Of a DNA stretch of 64,000 nt, positions 40,222-51,977 are shown one piece after another (the stretch's first letter is position 1; each line of letters starts with the position of its first letter). The translations under genes were made by a program, and so were the position numbers. Where the stretch lies: the NCBI GenBank assembly GCA_030141605.1, contig JAQGDQ010000226.1:62001-126000 (forward strand), given 5' to 3'. The stretch is from Tubiluchus corallicola (lineage: Eukaryota; Animalia; Priapulida). Under the pieces are notes generated by a model. That model saw nothing but the letters and a program-made list of their open reading frames with translations. It did no database searches and had not been told where the DNA came from.

Positions 40222-41302
40222 AAAAGATGTCTGCATATAATGTCTTGTAAAAGCCAACTCGTAGAACAGAATATAGCAAAACTAGAGCAACTCGTTCACT
40301 ATTAGGTGAAACCCATTCTTAGAATATGTAAAAGATACATAGAAGCCACATCTACTACAGTAATAGCGGTTATTAATCTAATTGCAAATTAAATGTATTT
40401 TTAATGATTTTCGGTTGTTCACAACGACACATGTAGTCAATACTAATTATAAATAGGTGTACAGTTCAGGGTTCCCACAGTCAGGGAAAATCCTTGAAAA
40501 TACAGGCTATCCTGGAAAGTCAGGGAAAATGATGAAAGCGGGGCAAAAAGTCAGGGAAATTGGAAAGGGTTGCAAAAATAATCACCGTGAAGCGATATTT
40601 TTCCAAACATATTTTTCACCAAGTATATTCTCCAAGTATGTAGTATAAACTCTTGTAAGTTTTCAGTCTATAAGTTATAATGTGTGAACACAAAGCTTAA
40701 TGCTACAAAAAAACACCATACTACTAACACTGGTTCTGAAATCAATTGTTTAAATACTCTGAGTTAATCGAGTTTCCTTTCATCGTGATATTATAAATAT
40801 AAGCTTTGTGAAGTGTATAATAAGAAAAAGGAAACACTTGTGACATTTATGAACTTGTGAAAACTACACGAGTTTATACTACATACTTGGAGGTTATACT
40901 TGGTGAAAAATCACTGTGATTATGTTTGCAACCCTTTCCAATTTACCTGACTTTTTGCACCGCTTTCATCATTTTCCCTGACTTTTTACTGAATTATCTT
41001 CTTCCCTGACTTTCCAGGATAGCCTGTATTTTCAAGAATTTTCCCTGAACTGTACACCTATTTATAATTAGTATTGACTACATGTGTCGTTGTGAACAAC
41101 CGAAAATCATTAAAAATTCATTTAATTTGCAATTAGATTAATAACTTGTAAAACCGCTGTTACTGCAGTAGATATGGCTTCTATCGATCCGTTTACTTAT
41201 TCTAAAAATGGGTTTAACCTAATAGTGAACGAGTTGCTCTAGTTTTGCTATATTCTCTACTACCAGTTGGCTTTTACAACACATTATATGCAGACATCTT
41301 TT
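40222..41302. repeat. About 1.1-kb imperfect palindrome (foldback)
   Basis: 40222-~40700 is the reverse complement of ~40800-41302. Confidence 0.9.
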
Positions 41303-41859
41303 TACCTGTATTTCAGTGGAAACATCGGTTTCAATAAATGTTTAAAGTATATTCTACTGTTATACCTTTTGTCAACACGACAACATGTATGATTTGGGAA
41401 GCCAGTCAAATCACTGCTAGTTTAGATAAATCAAGCCTCTATTGTAGCAGATCTAGTAAACTTATTATAACACCTTCCAGGAAATAAGCCTGGCTTTTAC
41501 TGAGCCGTGCTCCATTTTCTCAAGTGTTCATATTACATTTCTGTATAGGTGTATTTGCGCGCGGTAATTTCCAGCAAAGATTGCTTCTCATGAAACCCGG
41601 ATATGAAAACGCTGACACCTACACGACGTGAGAATATGAGCAATATGTGTAAGCGTAAAACTTTATTACCCGCATCGAAGCTGCAGTAACAAACCATGGA
41701 TGTATCATTACACGAGTTTTACGTCTTTTTATATCTCACGACTTGAAAGTTTCGTGCAATAAACTCTGTTTAAATAAAACTTATATGATTCCACTGTGTA
41801 TTCAGCTCAGAGAAAGCTTATCGCTTCTCAGAAGCCAACAGGTAATGGCAGGAGAACTA

Positions 41860-42855
41860 GTTCAACAACCTGACATACAGCCAGATTTACAGCTGCTGCC
41901 ACTTAGCTTTGACATTGACCTTCGACTTTGACCTAGCTGAACAACCAGTGGTACAGCCAGATTCACAGCTGCTGATAAATTTACTTTGACATTGACCTTC
42001 AACTTTGACCTAGCTGAACAACCTGTGGCACAGACAATATCACAGCTGCTGATAAATTTACTTTGATATTGACCTTCAACTTTGACCTAGCTGAACAACC
42101 TGTGGCACAGACAATTTCACAGCTGCTGATAAATTTACTTTGATATTGACCTTCAACTTTGACCTAGCTGAACAACCTGTGGTACAGACAATTTCACAGC
42201 GGCTGATAAATTTACTTTGATATTGACCTTCAACTTTGACCTAGCTGAACAACCTGTGGCACAGACAATTTCACAGCTGCTGATAAATTTACTTTGATAT
42301 TGACCTTCAACTTTGACCTAGCTGAACAACCTGTGGCACAGACAATTTCACAGCGGCTGATAAATTTACTTTGATATTGACCTTTGACTTTGACCTAGCT
42401 GAACAACCTGTGGTACAGCCAGATTCACAGCTGCTGGCAAATTTACTTTGACAGTGACCTTTGACTTTGACCTAACTGAACAACCTGTGGTACAGACAAT
42501 TTCACAGCTGCTGATAAATTTACTTTGATATTGACCTTCAACTTTGACCTAGCTGAACAACCTGTGGCACAGACAATTTCACAGCGGCTGATAAATTTAC
42601 TTTGATATTGACCTTCAACTTTGACCTAGCTGAACAACCTGTGGCACAGACAATTTCACAGCTGCTGATAAATTTACTTTGATATTAACCTTTGACTTTG
42701 ACCTAGCTGAACAACCTGTGGTGCAGCCAGATTCACAGCTGCCGCCAAATTTACTTTGATATTGACCTCCAACTTTGACGTAGCTGAACAACCTGTGGTG
42801 CAGCCAGATTCACAGCTGTCGCCAAATTTACTTTGACGCTGATATTGACCTTTAG
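41860..42855. repeat. 77-bp minisatellite, about 13 copies
   Basis: Unit tgacctagctgaacaacctgtggcacagacaatttcacagctgctgataaatttactttgatattgaccttcaactt. Confidence 0.95.
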
Positions 42856-43157
42856 CTTCATATTTATGTTACATAAGAAGTCTCAAGGTAAACAGCTTCT
42901 ACCAGATTCAGTATCACCCATTTTCAACCGAAATGTGACTCAGACCTTTGACCTTTCACCTGCGGAATGAATTTAGCATCAGCAGCCAATTCAAACTTTC
43001 ACATAGCTCCAACCATTTCTCTCCATAATTATTAATATGGAAAGGTTAAGAAAACTGTACGGTTAACAGCCCTAACTAACTTCGAAATGTCAGACGCACT
43101 AGATACTACTCTGGACAAGCGGATCAACAAATACGGGAGGCTCAACTCTTCGCTCAC

Positions 43158-43232
43158 CTGGAATAATTCCAACGGCACTTCGTTTTTCAGCAGCGTGTTC
43201 TGCACGTGCTCCACTGCCTCCTTGGAGTAACA
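43158..43232 (-). CDS. GRK2: GRK2 exon CYSKEAVEHVQNTLLKNEVPLELFQ
   Basis: 75 nt with an AAG acceptor and gtgag donor. Homologous to PFSKSATEHVQ...VPPDLFQ. Confidence 0.9.
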
Positions 43233-43361
43233 CTTGCAAATACAAAACAAGAAAATTAGTAACCGATGCGAGCATTTGGTAAAAATAATTAATAATAACC
43301 ACAGCCACTACAGTCAATAGACAGATGTTACACATCGACAGCGCACGCTACGCTCCGCCTA

Positions 43362-43745
43362 TAGGGGCGTATCAAGACTCACGACACCCTAGGCTAATAG
43401 ATCTGCCCGCCCATCTGTATTGTGAATTTACGATTTATGTACTGGGCAGATTAAACAATTACTTGTGGTGTATTAGTAACACTATTAACTTAGTTTCTAC
43501 ATGGTCATTATTAATTACGTGTATATGAACTGGGCTTACATATATATATATATATAAGGCAATTATATGTCAACGGGTCTCAATAACTGCCTGTGGTGTG
43601 TTACACAATGCTTGCTTTACATGAATATGAACAGACACATGTTTTCTGAGGAGAATAAGATTTTTTTTTAAATTGGGCGCTTAAAATTTGCCACTCCTCA
43701 AACTTAGGCGCCCTAGACTATAGCCTATTGGTTAATACGCCCCTG
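43362..43745. mobile_element. hAT-like MITE with 8-bp target-site duplication
   Basis: TAGGGGCGTA ... TACGCCCCTG with flanks tccgccta / tccaccta. Confidence 0.8.
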
Positions 43746-45503
43746 TCCACCTATGCTGTTCAGTTTTACAAACTCTTGCTGTTGACATGAAACAAAATGT
43801 ATCATTGCTGTGTATCTAAAAACGGAATTACAGGAAACGTAGACATAGACATTGAACATTTATTTTCTCCAATTAGTTTTACATCAAAAGTTTATTAAAT
43901 ATTAAGTAACTATAATCATAGAGCAGGAAAGAGAAGGACCATAGGGTCCTCTAGTCTCCTGCCCTTTCTTATTGATAGATTAGTATATTAAAAATTAACG
44001 GTGATGCTGCAGATAACAAAAACAAAAACAAATAAGAAGAAAAAATAATAAAAATAGTACAAAAAGATACAAATTATAAAAAAAAAACTGAAAACAAAAA
44101 ATAATAAAGTTAACCTAAATCTAAACAAAACAATACAATTATTCAGTGATTAGGATTATTATATGTAGTAGTAGTTTCAAATGGGGTCTTATTCACAGGG
44201 GAATTTGACCAAGGTTAGTGAGTAAAGTTAAAAACTGAGAGTATGGAAAAATAAGGATGAAAAAAGAGTGTCATATAGAAAAATTCATGTGAAAAAGTAA
44301 GTATGAGAAAGGAAACTGTCAAACAAAAAGACAAATATTTCACACAAAGATATGTATTATATGAAGATCTTGTGTGAAAGATTAAACGTTATTAGTTCTA
44401 CTATCTTGCACCAAAATATTGGGTGTTAATGGAAGTGTCAAACTGGTTGTGGAATTACGTATATTGACGTATATGTGTAATTAAATGTATTGTTAATTTT
44501 TCGAAATTTTGGTCAAACAGCATGGGAAAAAACGTTCTAGCCGCACCTGGTAGGACTCTAGAAAGGAGATATATGGAAAGAGAAAGAACAGGGCTACACG
44601 ATGATGTGGGCTATATGCTAGGACACGTCCACTGAGAGGAGTATCGACGAGTTAATTAGATGTTCTATTTTCGGCAATTTTCGCTTGGAAAACTGCTGAC
44701 GCAAAGCCATTGTTGTGACGTCACCCATTATATTCTGCCTATAACCTTAAAACTTTAATTCAGTAAAAGCTGCGTCTGCTGGCTTTGCGTTGCAAATGAG
44801 GACTATGTAGGATGTTCGCGTATTATTAATTATACGTGTACTTATGCGCAAAATTTTTTGCGGGGCTTTTGCTAGTGTATTATTAATAGTACTGCAATAA
44901 AATTTGTTCCCAGTGCCGTGGTATAAAACTTTTACAAGACCTGTCTAAAAGAGTTATGTAAGCAATAAGAGTTTAAATAACACAAATTAGTTTTACCCCA
45001 GATAAACTTTTGAACAATAATTAAGAGGTGTGACATACAATGTAACACATGTAACAGCATAAAAATTCAATATAAAAAAATAGGCAATTAATCGTCTTGG
45101 TGCAGAGAGGGTTTTTATTAAATTGAAACGGTTCAGCTCATGTTGTCTCCCAAACTGGGAGAGATTTCATCCAGCTGCGGGTAGTGTTTAAGTTCTTTGG
45201 TTCTGATTTTTTTCTAACCATTCCAAACACTACACATCTGTTCTTATGCAGACCTATAGTGTCTGGAAAGTATTGAAAGAAACAAATAAGTTTCTCCGAG
45301 CCAAAAAACGGAAACACACCCAGCGGCTCGATTAAATCTCTCCCAGCTTGGCAGACAACATGAGCTGTACCGTTTCAAATTAATAAAAAAACCTTGTCTG
45401 TATGTAACTTTTGCTTAAGCACAACGTTTCATCATCATAATGTGTCTGGTTTACAGCTAAATAAATACTAGTTACAGAAATTTGTATGGCTGGAATAAAT
45501 AAA

Positions 45504-45523
45504 AATCATCATCATCATCACCG

Positions 45524-45560
<37 letters not shown>

Positions 45561-45634
45561 TAGTATTGTCATCATTGTCATTATCACTACCATCATCATC
45601 AAGATCAACATCATCATCCTCTGCCACTGCCACC

Positions 45635-45668
<34 letters not shown>

Positions 45669-45710
45669 CAAAAACAACAACAACAATAATAATAACAATA
45701 ACAATAGTAA
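45504..45710. repeat. Compound trinucleotide microsatellite (ATC)n-(ACC)n-(AAC)n-(AAT)n
   Basis: Direct reading. Confidence 0.92.
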
Positions 45711-46287
45711 TGCACACTCTACGTTAACTCTCGCAGTACATTTCAATACATTCTCCACGTCTGTTTGTGAGTAGCTTTTGTTATTCTGCAGCAGCAAGTC
45801 AGCTGTGAAGACAAAAAGAGAGCTGATTCCCCCCCCTCCCCCACACTAACTGAGTGATGTTTGCTGATCTCTGTATTTCCGTGTGGCTTTTAAATAAATC
45901 AAGGACCGACAGAAAGAAAAATTTCACCTTTACATTTTCGGGTGACATACTGGCTTTGAATAAATACTAATGTTTTTGATTTCCTATTTAACCTTGGGCA
46001 ATTGAAAAACATTGACATGACCATCTCTGGAAAATGAAAATTTGAGAGATGTCAAACGAAATTCACAAACTAAAATTTCATAGAAAATTGCTTTGGGGAA
46101 GGTAGAAATTACGAACAAATTAGATCATGTCAAAACTAACACTAATATCTCTTGCTTCTGTGCCCAGCGCATCTCATATTGGCAACCAGGGTAAGAACAA
46201 TACCTGCCTAGAAGATGCTGCAAATGTTTGGTGATTATGTACTCATTATAAATTGAATAGATGTAACTACACCAAAATTGAGTTTAT

Positions 46288-46326
46288 TGTCGACCGGTTT
46301 CGAACAAACTGATCATTGTCAAGGCA
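46288..46326 (-). ncRNA. Second hammerhead motif copy, in the GRK2 pre-mRNA sense
   Basis: Minus strand reads ugcc-UUGACAA-u-gauc-aguuu-guuc-GAAA-ccgguc-gaca. Confidence 0.5.
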
Positions 46327-46548
46327 TCTAAAACAAAGAAATTAACCAGAATTTAGAAACAACATCGAAATGCAATTCATTAGATAGATAGCCAAAAAGT
46401 ATGTGATATAATATTATATAGATAATTTAACAATTTACCTTACAGATTACATATCTATGTAATGTTATATCATATGTCATTTGGTTATCTAACTACTGAA
46501 TTGCATTTCGATGTTGTTCTAAATTCTGGTAAATTTCTATGTTTTAGA

Positions 46549-46587
46549 TGCCTTGACAATAAACAGTATTTTCGAAACCGGTCGGCA
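46549..46587 (+). ncRNA. Minimal type I hammerhead ribozyme motif (U3:A8 variant, degenerate stem II)
   Basis: Stem I ugcc/ggca, core UUGACAA, GAAA, palindromic ACCGGU stem III, GUC cleavage triplet at 46581-46583. Confidence 0.55.
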
Positions 46588-47935
46588 ATAAATTCAATTT
46601 TGGTGTCACTATAAATTGTGTGAAACTTTTAAATTTGTACTTCTGTGAATACAAGGCAAGTATTTTTTCTTATTTATGAAGGAAAAAACATTTTATTTTA
46701 TCATTTAGTTATGACGAGAATTTAATTTTCACAAAAGCAGCAAACTACAAAGAGAATGGAACGGTACTAATGTAATGCATCTGCTACAAACCGTAAAAAG
46801 CTTGGAAACACAATAGCCCTTTCAAGAAAACCAAGTGTTAAAAGTTTTTTCATATTTTATTCTACAGATAAAAAGGTGAAATTACTAAAACACATGAAAG
46901 CATTCTCATTTAATTAAAGTAAATAAATTACCGAGCATTATTTTTATAGGAACCAAACGTCTTTGAAAACTATCATGTAATTTGACAAGTACAAAAACTT
47001 TTGCATTTTCAAGGCATGACCGAAAGTGAATTTCAAATTCCAAAGCTTAAAGTGACTCAACGAATTTTTGACTGAGAAAAATTAGAAATTTTGTGTATGA
47101 AAATGTCTGCTATCGCTACTGGAGGCAGTGGCGGACTGGGTCTAAAATTGAAATCTGATATTGAAAAGTTTCACGAATCTTATTTTATTAACTAGCAAAG
47201 GCCCCACAAAAAATTTCGCATATAAATCCACTTATAATCAAAAATACGCGAACGTTCTACCTAGTGTTTGTTTACTTTCCTAACACAAAGCCAGCAGCAG
47301 CAGCTTTTACTGAATTAAAGCTATAAGGTTATAGGCAGAGTATAATGGATGACGTCAGAACAATGGCTTTGCATCAGCAGTTTTCTAAGCGAAAATTGCC
47401 GAAAATAGAACATCTAATTAACTCGTCGGTACTCCTTTTGCTGGACGTGTGCTAAAGTATAGTCCACATCATCGTGTAGCCCTGTTCTTCCTCTTTCTAA
47501 AGAGCCCAATATCTCCTTCCGAGAGTCCCACCAGGCGCCGACATGCGCGGTTGATGGTAGTTCTAGCTGCAGTATTTATAAGGATCTCAGCCAACACTTT
47601 ACGTGAATGATGATGGCGCAAGACTTACTGTGTACGGTCACATGACGTCATGGTTATTTCCAATTCTGTGTCTAGTCAAGCATGAATGCTGGTGGACGGT
47701 AATGTAAGTTATTTCACTATTTATGCAAGGTACACATCATACTTTTGCTGTTGAAGCCGTTTTCCCCACATTATTGCAGGATTGCTTGAAATAAAACTCC
47801 TCCGAGGGCTTACCAGGTGATTACAGCCATGCATTACGAAACATTAACCATTGAAACAAATTTGGAAAATTTACACGGGGAGTCAGATAACAGGTCCTTT
47901 TATGGTTGCTTTTACCGATGTAGATATTGGATGGA

Positions 47936-48090
47936 CGCAAAGTAAAATACAACTTACAGAAAGCAGAAGGAGACAACAATTTAATGTGGTAAAATTGAGA
48001 CGTTTTCTGTACTGAGTAGAAAACGTCTCAATTTTACCACATTAAATTGTTGTCTCCTTCTGCTTTCTGTAAGCTGTATTTTTCTTTGTG
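47936..48090. repeat. Near-perfect hairpin, 73-bp arms and 9-nt loop
   Basis: 47953-48008 pairs perfectly with 48018-48073. Confidence 0.93.
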
Positions 48091-48091
48091 C

Positions 48092-48710
48092 TAGATGGGC
48101 TTCATTTAGTACTTTTAGATGGGCTGCATTTAGTACTTTTAGATAGGCATCATTTAGTATTTTTAGAGGGGCTTCATTTAGTATTTTAGATGGGCACTAT
48201 CTAGTACTTTTAGATGGGCTTTATCTAGTACTTTTAGATGGGCTTCATTTAGTACTTTTAGATGGGCTTCATATAGTATTTTAGATGGGCTTCATCTAGT
48301 ACTTTTAGATGGGCTTCATTTAGTCCTTTTAGAGGGGCTTCATTTAGTATTTTTAGATGGGCTTCGTACAGTACTTTTGAAAGGTTTCATTTAGTACTTT
48401 TAGATGGGTTATAAAGTATTTTAGATGGGCTTCATATAGTATTTCAGATGGGCTTCATTTAGTACTTTTAGATGAGCTTCATTTGGTACTTTTAGATGGG
48501 CTTCATACAGTTCTTTTAGATGGGTTTCATTTAGTATTTTTAAATGGGCTTCATATAGTATCTTTCGATCAGTTTCATTTAGTATTTTTGAATAGGCTTC
48601 ATATTGTACTTATAGATGGGCTTCATATAGCACTTCTAGATCGGCTTCATATAGCACTTTTAGGTGGGCTTCATTTGGTACTTTTAGAAGGGCTTCATAT
48701 AGTACTATTT
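48092..48710. repeat. 24-bp minisatellite (tagatgggcttcatttagtacttt), about 25 copies
   Basis: Direct tandem repetition. Confidence 0.92.
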
Positions 48711-51272
48711 CTTTCTGATACTCCATACAGTTTCTTCAGTTTTGTTCTAGAAATTAATATTTTGTGAGTTGAGTTTCTATTGTTGAAGAGGCTCTGTTGT
48801 GCATGGCAAATCATGTGTTGAATGTCGTAGAACGTTAGCTATATTTTGCCCAACACTGCATTTTAAAACAGCCTCAACTTCCCGAGAACATAATCTTTTC
48901 ATTTCAACCAAGAAGCCACAGTAAAAAAGCAATTTTTAAACAGATCTATTTTTAAAAACACCTTGTTACCAATTTAGCAACATCTAATGATGACTTGAAA
49001 TATTATGTTTTTAAATACGCAATCTACACCTCTTTTGCTGCTTATACGTACGGGTTTGTAAGTGATTTTAATGAGATGAAAAACATACCATGTTATGGAA
49101 ACATTTTTTATTACCGAATAATAAACTGTGCCATTAGCACTGAAAATAGCATTAGGTTAGTACAAGAGGACAATTAACTGATTTTCTTTAGGGTAAGCAC
49201 ATACATTACTGTTGTTAAAGTTGACATGACACCCACGGAACATGAAGGAATAACTTCGAACTGATGTGCTAAGCATCGCCATTTCATTTTCCTTTATCTC
49301 CTCACTGCCTAAATGTCGTTTTACACTCATTACACATTTAAATGGCCAAGCATGAATACCTTCACTTCGATAGCCCTCCGGGGACGAGGTGCTCGCCTCA
49401 CAAATTTCTTCGTGAGACAATCAATTCTGTCTCTGTCGGCTATTTCTTGTGCAAAACGCTAATTTGTCACGCGTGTGTCATTTGATCGGAGAGCTAACAA
49501 GCTACTTCCTGCAACAGGAAATGCTGCAACTGTCGCTATTAGTCGTTGACGATCAACGTTCTTTAAGCGATTAGAGACGAAACATTAATCGCTGCACGTC
49601 AGACTTGGCCACAGATACATTTCCAAAAATAGCCGTTTGCTAGTGACATTGTCTAAATCTGAAAACAATGCTCTAAGAGCCACTCAACATCTTGTTGTTG
49701 CTGCTGTAGTTGTTGTTGTTCTTTTTTTGGCCACTCAATAACAAACAGTAATGAAATTTGACACCGTTCAAATTCATTTTTGGATGGAATGGAGAAAATC
49801 ATATCTTAAACACAACTTTTCAAATCCAAGATGGCAGCGATGATGTCATTTCCGAAAGTATTCCAAGGGTCTATTGTCATCGCAAAGTGGGTCATAATGA
49901 AGCTTTAGAGCGGAGAGCAACTGACAGGACAGGGCTTCTATTTTTTTCAATAACGACTGTTAAAATGGCAGTAATGGCGTCACATTTTCAAAATGGTTAT
50001 GTTCATATTATACGGACCGGCTTTGTGCATATTGATAATTCAAGAGACTTATCTGGTCATTATCTGGTCACTTATCTGGTCATTCTACTATATAGTTGCT
50101 ACGGCATTTTCGTCATCAGTTTCTGGTTGCTAGAGTCTAAAAATACATAAAAACTTACCAAAAAGCTTTTCTCCATATCTAAAGAATGTACTATTGTACA
50201 AAAATGTTTACTCATCAATATGGTGAATATTGGCCCAGCAGCAGTGTGACCTCCAAAATCGCAAAGGTCATTCAAAAGTCGATATCAGCAACATTTCCAA
50301 TCAAAAGCCATCATTTGCAAGTTTTTGTCGGGATAGACAGAAGCGTGATGAGATGATAATTGAAAGGACAAGGCAGCGTAAGCATCAGGAGATGCATTTC
50401 CTGAGTGGCTAACTTTCGGATGTAGGAGGCAGCAACTAAATGAAAGTTAGCTGTTGCTCCCTCCAGGGGGCTACAAAAGAAACTTGGAAATACGAACACA
50501 GATGGAACAATAGATTTAATGTAACTTCCTCGTGACAGGCGCTACTTGGATGTCAGCATTAGATGTTAATAACAAGATTTGTTTAGTTGGTTGGAAGTTG
50601 ACACCTATTTTAAGTTCAAGAAGTTGAACCTAATATAATCTATGGTCTACGGCAAAATATAACTAACATTTCATGATGCTCTTCTTGATATGAACAACGT
50701 TGTAGTTAAACGAGAAGCTATTTTTGACAAAGTAAAAAGCCGGGGAAAAGTTGGAGTGAACGACGATTAAAATTACTGTAACAGATGCACTACAGAAGAG
50801 TTTGGAAATGCTTGAAGAAGTTTTGCATGACAGAGCTCTGATTTCTTGCTGAATATGATTAATTTGATTCTGTTTTAGTTAGAAGTAGGCACGTTGGCAG
50901 GACATTTCCTGTGGGAATTTTGCCCGAATTTCAAACACCGGGTGGCAACAGTTTAGTGCAGGTATAAGGTATGAGTGCAGACATTGACCTGGCGAACCGT
51001 ATGTGTGGGTTAAGGCACTAATTTCTGTTATTTTTGTATATTTTTTGTTGTCTTAGTGCTACATGTATTTCATCTTTGGGCCAATTATTTGCCACTATGA
51101 TGTAAGTAAATAAGAAAATTGCACCACTCCTGTTTGAATTTCTAAATTTGTATTCACATGTCAGACGACATACTATAAAACTTTAGGCTAAAATTTCTAC
51201 TATTTAATTAGGCACGTACTTAGCATTTGAGCGTGTTGTGCTACGTCGCATTTTTGCTTAAACTTATTTCAC

Positions 51273-51977
51273 TTAACTCTTTCACGACTGCACCATTCAA
51301 AAGAGTTCTTATGAGACCTGCGACTTTTCTGCTACTGTATGAGCACAGACAAATGATTAAGAATTAGACACTATTCTATTCAGGAGAATATTGGCTATCC
51401 AATCACACAATTTGTTTAAACATTTATAAGTTATTTAATTGGATAAAATTAAGAAAAACACGGCCTCTTCTGGCACTCCCACTTAGCCTATTGAGTAGAT
51501 TAGTCTGGTGTACACTTGCGTGATCGCACACACTATTTATCGATCACCTGCTTATTTCAGCCCAAGAGAATTGTCTGTTCCACCATCAGCCAAGGAGAAA
51601 TTAAGGTCGTTCGTTTCATCTTTTAACAAAAAAATTCTCCATAAAAATGGAGCAGACTTGAGACCAAAGTGTATCAGAATTTTGTCTGGATAGTTGAAAT
51701 TTTCTACATTAACGGAATTTCACACAAGTGCTATTGCACATTGTTACGGAGCAAACACTGCAGTTACTGAAAGCTTTTTTCAATTAATTTGTCAAAAATC
51801 GATTTTTAATTTGCCTAAGCAAATGTATTTCGTATATAAGCTTGCATGAAAACCCACTGTGTAAGGAACAGAAACCTACAAAAATTATGAAATGTAACGT
51901 TATCGCTCCTTAGTGAGAGCAGTGTTTCATGAATCCATGCAAAATGCAGCAAAGGCTTACGGTCCCGGAGGAGTTAA
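51273..51977. mobile_element. piggyBac-like MITE
   Basis: TTAA-CTCTTTCACGACTG at the left; reverse complement of the right end is TTAA-CTCCTCCGGGACCG. Confidence 0.45.

Larger units (their letters stand above)
46244..46618. mobile_element. Penelope-like inverted terminal-repeat remnant with hammerhead motifs
   Basis: Inverted arms 46269-46424 and 46452-46606. Each arm has TGCC-TTGACAA...CGAAACCGGTC-G.CA-ATAAA. A 12-bp direct flank ca(t/c)tataaattg brackets the element. Confidence 0.6.

Noticed and set aside
43860-44500. Possible second LINE 3' remnant on the minus strand
   Set aside because: Only faint motif resemblance in A-rich sequence; cannot be supported without a search.
45723-45802. 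Strong acceptor (ctctttttgtcttcacag) followed by SYSQTDVENV, resembling the exon CYSKEAVEHV (possible mutually exclusive exon)
   Set aside because: The strong acceptor gives a stop in the required phase, the donor is weak and the similarity is too short. Only RNA-seq junction reads could rescue it.
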